Below, one piece after another: positions 17,906-25,479 of a stretch of DNA of 25,479 nt. Each line of letters starts with the position of its first letter. Position 1 is the first letter of the stretch. Source of the stretch: an uncultured bacterium (GTDB lineage Bacteria > Zixibacteria > MSB-5A5 > JAABVY01 > JAHJOQ01). Under the pieces are notes generated by a model. It did not search any database. It saw nothing but the letters and a program-made list of their open reading frames with translations, and was not told the origin of the DNA. The position numbers and the translations under genes were made by a program. Location of the stretch: NCBI GenBank assembly GCA_965369655.1, contig CBDUQR010000038.1:1-25479 (forward strand), written 5' to 3'.

Positions 17906-19450
17906 ATGTCGAAACTCAAACTGTTGAGCCTGTTGCTGCTGATGTTGTTCGCGGCAGCCGCCAGCGTCTTTGCCGGTGATGACATCAAGCTCGATGTCAG
18001 AAAGCATGTCCTTTCCAACGGGATGACACTCCTTTTGGTAGAGAGGCATACTGCGCCGGTGTTCTATTCGTACATCTATTTCAAGGTTGGCTCGGCCAAC
18101 GAGATCGGCGGCGTGATCGGAGCCGCGCATCTTCTCGAACACATGATGTTCAAGGGGACGCGAGACATAGGTACAACTGATTTCGCGAGGGAATCTGAGC
18201 TGATGGCTCTGGAAGATGATCTCCACGACAGGCTCTATGTTGCCGAGGATCGTGCGATGAAATTGAGATTTCAGAAGGAGAATCTCGGAATAGACGTCAT
18301 AGATGGTTCGGCTCTGGTACAGGCGATCAGTGACTCAATCAGCGAAATCGAGACCGAGTTGTCGTCGCTGATCGTGCCGAACGAACTCGAGGAACTCTAC
18401 TCGGTCAACGGCGCATACGGATATAACGCTGGCACCGGCTATGACATGACGAGCTATCTGGTGGCGTTTCCAAAGAACAGGCTTGAACTGTTTATGATGA
18501 TCGAGTCCGAGCGCCTGAAGAATCCTGTGTTTCGGGAATTTTACACTGAGCGGGATGTCGTGATCGAAGAGAGACGTCTCAGGGTGGACACTCAGGGCGG
18601 ATCCAAGTTGTTCGAGCAGCTTATCGCCACCGCGTTCGTTGCGCACCCGTACCAGATATACTGGGAATGGAAATCCGAAGTCGCCAATCTGACTCGCGAA
18701 GAGATTACTGATTTCTTCAGGACATACTACGGACCGGGCAGAACGGTCATGGCGATTGTCGGCGATATCGACGTCGACGAGACAATCGCGCTCGCAGAGA
18801 AATACATGGGAGATATTCCGGCATCCGAATCGCCGAAACGGATCGAGACAGTCGAGCCGGAACAGAATGGAGAGAAGCGCGTCATCGTCAAGTTTGACGC
18901 TGAACCTCTCATCAATATTGCATTCCACAAAACATCGTACGATGACCCCGATGATGTCGTGTTCAGAGTGATCCAACGGATACTGACGAGCGGCCGCACA
19001 TCCCGGTTCTATAGAAATCTGGTAGAGGGGAAGAGGTTGGCGCTCTATGTGGATGCGGATCAGTTCCCCGGCGGTTCCGCAGGGGCGCTCTATCCGAACG
19101 TGTTTGTGATCGATGCTGCGCCCAAAGCTCCTGCGACATGTGAACAACTCGAACAGGCGATCTATGAAGAGTTGGACAGATTGAAAACAGAATCTGTCGA
19201 TTCGCTCGAACTTCAAAAAATCAAGAACAACCTTGTTTCAGAGTTTATCTGGGGCATGTACAGCGGGTTCGGACTCGCCAGCAATCTTGCTGAATTCGAG
19301 ACAACAGCCGGCGACTGGAGGTACATCGATTACCTGCAGCAGAAAATGGCTGAGGTGACGCCCGAGGCGATAATGGAAGTCACCCGGAAGTATTTCACCG
19401 AGGATAACCGCACCGTGGCGATCCTGGTACCTGAGAAGGAGGAGTCCTGA
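17906..19450 (+). CDS. M16 (pitrilysin/insulinase) family zinc peptidase, catalytic subunit, exported
   Basis: Signal peptide, L.NGM..LL.E.H, AHLLEHMMFKG (HxxEH), ERDVVIEERRLR, GRTSR.Y..LV. AGGAGG RBS. Confidence 0.93.
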   Translation: MSKLKLLSLLLLMLFAAAASVFAGDDIKLDVRKHVLSNGMTLLLVERHTAPVFYSYIYFKVGSANEIGGVIGAAHLLEHMMFKGTRDIGTTDFARESELMALEDDLHDRLYVAEDRAMKLRFQKENLGIDVIDGSALVQAISDSISEIETELSSLIVPNELEELYSVNGAYGYNAGTGYDMTSYLVAFPKNRLELFMMIESERLKNPVFREFYTERDVVIEERRLRVDTQGGSKLFEQLIATAFVAHPYQIYWEWKSEVANLTREEITDFFRTYYGPGRTVMAIVGDIDVDETIALAEKYMGDIPASESPKRIETVEPEQNGEKRVIVKFDAEPLINIAFHKTSYDDPDDVVFRVIQRILTSGRTSRFYRNLVEGKRLALYVDADQFPGGSAGALYPNVFVIDAAPKAPATCEQLEQAIYEELDRLKTESVDSLELQKIKNNLVSEFIWGMYSGFGLASNLAEFETTAGDWRYIDYLQQKMAEVTPEAIMEVTRKYFTEDNRTVAILVPEKEES

Positions 19451-20847
19451 TGAGATACGCAGCATACATTGCGGCCATCGCCATGTTATTGGGGATCACA
19501 GTAGTCTCACACGCTCAGGACTACGAGAGCCTTACGATTGCGGAGTTGGATTTTGTCGCTCCTGATGTCGAGCGATTCGAGTTGGACAACGATCTCGTGG
19601 TGCATTTCTACGAGGATCATTCATTGCCGCTCGTTGCGCTGGATGCGACATTCAGACTGGGCGAAATCAATGTCGCTGGTGCGAAGGCGGGCCTTGCGGA
19701 GTTGTGCGGGACTCTGTTGCGGACCGGAGGCACGGAATCGACCCCTCCTGATGAATTCAATCAGCAACTTGATTTTGTCGGAGCATCGCTGTACTCTCAT
19801 GTCGGAACTGAATCCGGCGCCGCGCAACTGCGCGTACTGAGAAAAGATTTCGAACTCGGCATGCGCCTTTTATCAGAGATGCTGATAGAGCCCCGATTCG
19901 ATCAGGAGAAGTTCGAGATCGCTGTCGAGAATAAGCTGGAGGGCATAAGGCGGGAGAACGACAACCCCAATCTCATCACCCGCCGTGAATTCTACCGATC
20001 GCTGTTCCCGGATCATCCGTACGGAAGATCGGCGACCGCCGAAACCGTATCAAGTGTGACGAGAGACGATCTGGTCGATTTTCACAGAAGTCACTATCAT
20101 CCTGACAATTGCATTATCGCTCTTTCGGGCGACTTGACACTCGCCGAGGCTGTGGACTATGTGGAGAAATATCTGGGCGGATGGCAGCATTCTAATGGCG
20201 ACAAACCCGATTTCCAGCCGGTTCCTGATTCAAAACCGGGCGTCTACTATGTTCATAAAGACCTGAGTCAGTCGTTTCTCAGGATTGGCCACCTGGGAAT
20301 CGACCGCAACAATCCTGACCGACACAAAGTCATGGTGATGAATTTCATTCTCGGCGGCGGCGGATTCATATCGAGACTTTCAAACAAGATACGAGTGCAG
20401 GAAGGCCTGGCATACACGGTCGGATCAAACTTCTACCAGATGGATGAGTCCGGATCATTCTACTGCTATTGTCAGACGAAATCCGAGACGACCGTGCGGG
20501 CGATTGAGATGATGATTGCAGAAATCCGAAAACTGATGGATGAGGGCGTCTCCGAAGAAGAGCTCGAAGTTGCGAAGAACTCGATTGTCAACTCAGATAT
20601 CTTCGAGTACGCCACGCCCCATCAGATCGTGACTCAACAGTCGACTTTCGAGTTCCACGGGTATCCTGCTGACTACGGGACTAAACGTATCGAGGCGATC
20701 AAGGCTGTCACCGTCGAAGACGTCAAGCAGATGGCAAGTACATACCTGCATCCTGACAGCCTGATTATCATAGCAGTTGGCAATCAGGAGTTGTTCGACA
20801 AACCGTTGTCAAACCTCGGCGAAGTTGTCGAGATTCAGATCGACTGA
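19450..20847 (+). CDS. M16 family peptidase-like protein, probable non-catalytic partner subunit
   Basis: M16 fold motifs (HPYGR, Y.PDN.II.LSGD, N.ILGGGGFISRL...IR...GLAY.V) but no HxxEH. Signal peptide, and TGATG overlap with the upstream gene. Confidence 0.9.
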   Translation: MRYAAYIAAIAMLLGITVVSHAQDYESLTIAELDFVAPDVERFELDNDLVVHFYEDHSLPLVALDATFRLGEINVAGAKAGLAELCGTLLRTGGTESTPPDEFNQQLDFVGASLYSHVGTESGAAQLRVLRKDFELGMRLLSEMLIEPRFDQEKFEIAVENKLEGIRRENDNPNLITRREFYRSLFPDHPYGRSATAETVSSVTRDDLVDFHRSHYHPDNCIIALSGDLTLAEAVDYVEKYLGGWQHSNGDKPDFQPVPDSKPGVYYVHKDLSQSFLRIGHLGIDRNNPDRHKVMVMNFILGGGGFISRLSNKIRVQEGLAYTVGSNFYQMDESGSFYCYCQTKSETTVRAIEMMIAEIRKLMDEGVSEEELEVAKNSIVNSDIFEYATPHQIVTQQSTFEFHGYPADYGTKRIEAIKAVTVEDVKQMASTYLHPDSLIIIAVGNQELFDKPLSNLGEVVEIQID

Positions 20848-20873
20848 TACAGAACGAATCTCCATCATTTATC

Positions 20874-20923
20874 CGTTCCGGCAGTTCTTGCGTTCGCTGA
20901 AGGCGGACGTGTGAACTGCCGGA
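20874..20923 (+). repeat. 50-nt long hairpin repeat, copy 2
   Basis: 46/50 identical to 17416-17465. Confidence 0.9.
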
Positions 20924-20954
20924 CAGTGGATTGCCAGATCACACCGACGCGTGG

Positions 20955-21000
20955 GCGGTAGACCTCCCGGCGAGTCCTGAGTCTCGAAGGGTCTGCCCCA
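20955..21000 (-). repeat. GGCAGAC palindrome with a 21-nt CCTTCG..CTCAGGA insert
   Basis: The reverse complement reads TGGGGCAGAC|ccttcgagactcaggactcgc|CGGGAGGTCTACCGC. The empty form is at 10365-10387. Confidence 0.8.
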
Positions 21001-21014
21001 TCTCGCGTAGACAT

Positions 21015-21195
21015 CGGCAGATATGGGGAGGCTGTTCCCAAAGCCCAATTCTACAGTAGGTCGGCGTTCCGCAGCAGGCGAAGCCTGCAAGAAACCCGAC
21101 TCCTGTGCAACAAGATAGAGGTGTCGCGTTTCTCACCCTCGTATCTCAGGTTCGGAACACGACCTACTTTTGGGACGGCCTCTGGACATCTGCCG
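21015..21195. repeat. REPIN/BIME-like composite: inverted GTAG-REP pair within inverted degenerate GGCAGA(T) arms
   Basis: AGTAGGTCGGCGTTCCG...GAAACCCGAC (21055-21100) faces GTCGCGTTTC...CGGAACACGACCTACT (21123-21168). The outer arms 21015-21042 and 21169-21195 are imperfect inverted repeats. Confidence 0.75.
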
Positions 21196-21207
21196 CGCAC
21201 AATGCAT

Positions 21208-21250
21208 TGCCAGGTCACACCGACGATTCAATTGCCGGCAAGACCTGGCA
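21208..21250 (+). repeat. CAGGTC-ACAC-CGACGA hairpin repeat, copy 2
   Basis: TGCCAGGTC-ACAC-CGACGAT-TCA-ATTGCCG-GCAA-GACCTGGCA, with the same geometry as 17503-17547. Confidence 0.8.
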
Positions 21251-21292
21251 CAACTGCTTGTACAAAGGTTCTGTTAGTGAAAGAAGTAGTGC

Positions 21293-22462
21293 TTACGAGG
21301 ATGTGACCTCTGCCTGTGCTCGTCTCCGACGACCGAATGCGATCAGGATAGCTCCGAGTCCGATCATCACTGACAGCAGATAGACAGCCCACCCGATGAA
21401 CGGTATCTTGTACATGATCGTCAGGATGATGAGACCTATGAGCAGAGACAACGCCTGAGACCTTGTTCCTGATTGATTGAGCATGCTGAGGATTTTGTCC
21501 CCAAGAGCGATTGCGACGAAGAGTTTTGCCACGTAGAACAAGATAATATAGAGCAACAGGGAAAGCAGTGATAACGGGATGCCGACTATTGTGACCATAA
21601 TGAGTAACAGAGCGATCGGTACGACCACGAACAGCACAAGGCCATAACCGAGCGACCTCCCGAGTTGTTCTGCGATGATGTCGCGCACAGAGCAACAGGA
21701 AGGCTTGCAAAGCCACAGTAGGATCAGCCCGATAATATAAGCGCCGATGAACAGTATGCCCGTCTTCATGAGCGCCCAAAGTGCTCCGGATTCGTCACCC
21801 GATTTTGCTTCCTTTTTCCACTTGGTTTCGCCCTCGATCTGTGCGCCATTTGCGATCTTTGCTCTTTCCGGACAACTGTAGTGGAGACTTCCGTTTATCT
21901 GTGCAGACCTTTCTATCTTCACCGATTTGTCCGCAGATATCTTCACATCGCCGTCGATCGTACCGGAGATGATGACTTCCTCCGCCTCGATGTTCAGAGA
22001 ACCGAGTATGATCCCGTTCACGTAAGCGATTGCCGATGAAATATTTACGTCTCTTTTGACCTCACAGGTGGGGCTCACTCTCGCGATCGCGCCGGCGAGC
22101 ATGAGATTGCCGAGAATCTGGCCGTCGGCTGTGACCTTGTATCCTGCGAGACGGACCGACCTGTATACGGTGCCTCCCGCCTTGACTGAGTAACCTGCAG
22201 CGTTGATGTTGCCGTCGACGAGACCGTCGATGACGACATCTTGGCCGGCTGCGATTATGTCGCCCCGAATTTCGCCGTCGAACTTGACGTCATTGCCGCC
22301 GAGGATGAGATCGTCATCAATTTTCTCTGAGACGTAGGATTCGTTGCCCCCCCTGATAATCAAGCCGAATGCCGTGCCGGAAGAGAGCAGGAACATCATC
22401 ACGGCCAGCGAAAGAATCGACAGGAACTTGAAGCTGTATCTGGATGAGTCTTGTATCGTCAT
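21293..22462 (-). CDS. Membrane protein with an N-terminal beta-helix repeat region (bactofilin/polymer-forming cytoskeletal-like) and C-terminal TM bundle
   Basis: Signal/TM segment, about 17-aa repeats of the form GD(I/V)..AG..V.(I/V)DG.(V/I).GN, then roughly five hydrophobic helices ending IPFIGW...GLGAIL. Confidence 0.75.
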   Translation of the reverse strand: MTIQDSSRYSFKFLSILSLAVMMFLLSSGTAFGLIIRGGNESYVSEKIDDDLILGGNDVKFDGEIRGDIIAAGQDVVIDGLVDGNINAAGYSVKAGGTVYRSVRLAGYKVTADGQILGNLMLAGAIARVSPTCEVKRDVNISSAIAYVNGIILGSLNIEAEEVIISGTIDGDVKISADKSVKIERSAQINGSLHYSCPERAKIANGAQIEGETKWKKEAKSGDESGALWALMKTGILFIGAYIIGLILLWLCKPSCCSVRDIIAEQLGRSLGYGLVLFVVVPIALLLIMVTIVGIPLSLLSLLLYIILFYVAKLFVAIALGDKILSMLNQSGTRSQALSLLIGLIILTIMYKIPFIGWAVYLLSVMIGLGAILIAFGRRRRAQAEVTSS

Positions 22463-22875
22463 GACTTCTTTACCTACGCAGGTGCCGTTTCAAAGTTGCA
22501 GCTACCTGACGCTTGGAAACTGTTGAAACAATCAGTATCATATGCAACTTAGATAAGAGATAATGCGTATCAACAAAAAATTGACCCATTAGCATACCGC
22601 TCATCCTCCTGTCGTTTGAAGCGGTGGCTTCCAGTCAAGATCGTTGCCCCCTCCTAAACGCCGGCAGGCTTTCCAGTTCAACGCGTTAGCTGCGGTAGCG
22701 AGGTGCCGCTGTGACTTGATTGATGGAATTCTGTTCCTGGCAACTCTTGTAGCTCACGTCCACTTGGGACGTGAGGATTACCTGACATGGGGTGCTCAAC
22801 AAGCTTCGTAACGGGAGTGAAAGGATTTGCACTTGCTGCCGATTTATCCAGTAAGAAACTGGAAGTCGGCAGGTT

Positions 22876-24438
22876 ATGGCACGCAAATCTTTTAGATCAG
22901 TATTCCCACGTACGGAGTCGTCGTACCTCGGCTCCCGATGCCTGATCCTTGTGCTGATCACATCGTGGATCGTGTTCGGGAGCAGTCCTGACGGTGTGCC
23001 GCCGTCGGTATTCGCCATAGGATTTGTCTCCGTCGTGCAGACTCTTCTTTTTTATGTCTATGCCGTGAAGATGCGGAGGTTCAGCGAGCGACTCTTAGTC
23101 ATCTCGCTCGGCGTCGACACAATCACATTCACGGCACTGATCTTGTTCACCGGAGGCGATCAGAGCAGCTTCTATCTCCTGTACTATCTGACGGTATCGT
23201 TCGGAGCTTATTTCCTCGGCCTGCAACGCGGGCTTTTGATCTCCTTTGCTGTAACCTTGTTCTACTCGATCACGGTCTCGCAGGTTTCGCCTGAGATAGC
23301 GACTTCCGACATGCTCAGCCGGATTATCATGGTTTGGGCGCTCGCCTTTGGGATCGGGACGATTTCGAAGCACGCGAAGCAGTCGGAATCCAAACTGCTC
23401 AAGCTTCTCGACACACTGAATATCAGGACTACCGAACTCGAACAGTCACAGGTCCAGATCGAGAACATCTTCGGCACAGCGAGGATGCTCGGTGAAATAC
23501 TCAATCGGGAACAACTCCTCGGCGAGATTTCCAGGATCGCGGACGGCTTGCTGGGATACACGCTGCTCGAGATTATTCTTGTCAACCCTGAGACCGGTGG
23601 TCTCGAGAAAGTCTCTGAGGCCTCTCACGGCAAGCACACGCTTGTCGATCCACCCCGGCCGATCAGATCAGATGGAGTTGTCGGACGCGTGGCGCTGACC
23701 GGCCATGCCGAACGAATAGTTGATGTGGAGTCGTATCCTTACTATATTCCGGCTCTTGAGGGAGCGAAGTCGGAACTTGCCGTCCCGATGGTGTCGCGCG
23801 GCAGAATGGTTGGAGTGATGAACTTTGAATCGAAGAATATAGGTAATTTCACGGGACACGATCAGAAGCTCGTCTCCATCCTGGCCGGGTCCGCAGCGCT
23901 GGCTATCGACAATGCTCGACTGCATGGTCAGGTTGTGGATCTTGCGGTGATCGATGAGTTGACGGGAACATACAACTACAGATTTTTCGCCAATCGATTC
24001 ATGGAGGAGAAGAAGCGCGCCGAGAGATACAATCTTCCCCTGTCTCTGATTATGCTCGATATTGACTGGTTCAAGCGTCTCAACGATACGTATGGTCACG
24101 AGTCAGGCAATATCATTCTCAGAGAATTAGCAAGTGTGGCAGGAGAGTGTATCAGGGATACGGATCAACTCTGCCGATATGGAGGCGAGGAGTTCGTCGT
24201 TATCCTTCCGCAGACGTCGACTTCAGATGCCATGGTTATAGGAAACCGTATCCGTGATCGAGTCGATGCCACAAGGTTTGGCGGGTATGGCGGCACACCG
24301 AAGCTCCATGTGACTGTCTCCGTCGGAGTGACCGGCTATCCCGACAACGGGCTTACTGCGGACGAACTGATGTCGGCAGTCGACTCGGCGCTCTATCGCG
24401 CGAAAGGGTCTGGAAAAAACCAGGTGATTTCGGTCTGA
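22876..24438 (+). CDS. Membrane sensor diguanylate cyclase (TM bundle, coiled coil, GAF, GGDEF)
   Basis: About 5 TM helices, GAF (GVVGRVA.TG...SELAVPM...GV.N.ES....F...D..L...LA..AALAIDNARL), DELTG.YN.R, DID.FK.LNDTYGH, and RYGGEEF with RxxD I-site (RDTD). Confidence 0.95.
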   Translation: MARKSFRSVFPRTESSYLGSRCLILVLITSWIVFGSSPDGVPPSVFAIGFVSVVQTLLFYVYAVKMRRFSERLLVISLGVDTITFTALILFTGGDQSSFYLLYYLTVSFGAYFLGLQRGLLISFAVTLFYSITVSQVSPEIATSDMLSRIIMVWALAFGIGTISKHAKQSESKLLKLLDTLNIRTTELEQSQVQIENIFGTARMLGEILNREQLLGEISRIADGLLGYTLLEIILVNPETGGLEKVSEASHGKHTLVDPPRPIRSDGVVGRVALTGHAERIVDVESYPYYIPALEGAKSELAVPMVSRGRMVGVMNFESKNIGNFTGHDQKLVSILAGSAALAIDNARLHGQVVDLAVIDELTGTYNYRFFANRFMEEKKRAERYNLPLSLIMLDIDWFKRLNDTYGHESGNIILRELASVAGECIRDTDQLCRYGGEEFVVILPQTSTSDAMVIGNRIRDRVDATRFGGYGGTPKLHVTVSVGVTGYPDNGLTADELMSAVDSALYRAKGSGKNQVISV

Positions 24439-24442
24439 ACCT

Positions 24443-25426
24443 ATGCCGACAGGATATCCATCGTCAGGCGAACTTTTTCTTCTTGGTTTCGACAACAACA
24501 ACTCCGACATCCTCTGCGAGTTCCACCGCGAGTACGGGCTTGGTGGAGCGATTCTATTCGGTCGAAATGTCGAATCACCCGAGCATCTGAAGGAAATGAT
24601 TTGCACGATTCGTTCACGGACCGAGAGTGATCTTCTCATTGCCATCGATCAGGAAGGCGGCAGTGTGAACAGACTCTGCGGGGCGCAGTTCCCGACATAT
24701 CCGTCGGCGGCATACTACGGCAAGAGGGCGGATATTGACGGATTGAAGCATGCTGTTACCAAAACATGCAAGCGATTGCTTGAGATCGGTATCAATATGA
24801 ATCTCTCACCGGTGGCTGACGTACTCACGAATCGACAGAACAGCCTGATGCAAAGGCGATGCTACTCCTCGGATGTTGCACAGGTGAACGGCTACGTGGG
24901 GGCGGTTATAGATGTGCAGTCCCATCTCGGGATCGCATCCTGCGCGAAACATTTCCCGGGCCTGGGAGATTCGGTGATCGATCCACATCAGGCAATCGCA
25001 GTTTGTGACAGAAGTAGAGAGTTTTTCGCAGAGAACATGTTCCCACCGTTCGAGGCAGCCATTGCGCACAAATGCCCGGCAATCATGACCACGCACGTCA
25101 TCGCTCACGCGCTCGATCCTGACAGTATGGCGACATGCTCGCCGAATATTGTCGAAGGAATCCTGCGGGGTTCGATGGCGTACGACGGCGTGATCATTAC
25201 TGACGATCTCGACATGAGTGGCGCGGGCGACTTGCATTCCGCTGTGGTTGGCGCTATCATGGCGGGGCACGATATGTTGCTGATCTGCCATTCGTTCGGC
25301 GAACAGCTCTCCTGCGCGGAAACGTTGTTGGACATGTTGCGCAATGGAGAACTCGACGTGGATGAAATCGAACGCAGGATAAGCCGCGTGAGACAAATGA
25401 AGAAACGATTTGCTATTAGAGCATGA
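24443..25426 (+). CDS. nagZ: Beta-N-acetylhexosaminidase (GH3 N-terminal domain only)
   Basis: GG.ILFGRN, IDQEGG.V.R, PVADV, KHFPGLG....DPH, IMT.H, ITDDLDM. Confidence 0.88.
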   Translation: MPTGYPSSGELFLLGFDNNNSDILCEFHREYGLGGAILFGRNVESPEHLKEMICTIRSRTESDLLIAIDQEGGSVNRLCGAQFPTYPSAAYYGKRADIDGLKHAVTKTCKRLLEIGINMNLSPVADVLTNRQNSLMQRRCYSSDVAQVNGYVGAVIDVQSHLGIASCAKHFPGLGDSVIDPHQAIAVCDRSREFFAENMFPPFEAAIAHKCPAIMTTHVIAHALDPDSMATCSPNIVEGILRGSMAYDGVIITDDLDMSGAGDLHSAVVGAIMAGHDMLLICHSFGEQLSCAETLLDMLRNGELDVDEIERRISRVRQMKKRFAIRA

Positions 25427-25479
25427 CTAGTGGTATGACATATAAATAATGCTATAATTTACTTGACAAGGCTTTTGTT

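Noticed and set aside
22560-22875. Known c-di-GMP-I/II, SAM-I or ydaO riboswitch, or tmRNA
   Set aside because: I could not find the characteristic consensus segments on either strand. It is kept only as an unclassified structured leader.
25427-25479. AT-rich end with TATAAT and TTGACA
   Set aside because: The elements are in the wrong order to form one promoter. The TTGACA probably belongs to a promoter continuing beyond the window and cannot be evaluated.

Overview
A bacterial chromosomal housekeeping region, probably from a diderm of the FCB group. This is an inference from the Bacteroidota/Chlorobi-type SecA insertions and the LPS genes. Plus strand: a decayed Rrf2 (IscR/CymR-like) regulator remnant missed by the ORF track, iscS, mnmA, a metallo-beta-lactamase-fold hydrolase, an AsmA-family protein, cysE, a peptidase MA-type zincin, a lipid A acyltransferase, waaF and a PfkB kinase. 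Minus strand: smpB, an N-acetylmuramoyl-L-alanine amidase, murI and rdgB. Then secA, a tandem pair of M16 peptidases, a membrane-anchored beta-helix (bactofilin-like) protein on the minus strand, a GAF-GGDEF diguanylate cyclase and nagZ. No rRNA, tRNA, tmRNA, CRISPR array or transposase gene is visible. The most unusual content is in four intergenic clusters (39-148, 10321-10647, 17416-17786, 20874-21250). They hold at least five families of short palindromic REP/RPE/dRS3-like repeats. Two tiny secondary modules (21-24 nt and 28-39 nt) are inserted precisely into different host palindromes, with both empty and filled alleles present in the window, giving a nested repeat system. Other points of interest are a four-cysteine insert in the SecA variable region and a structured leader in front of the diguanylate cyclase.
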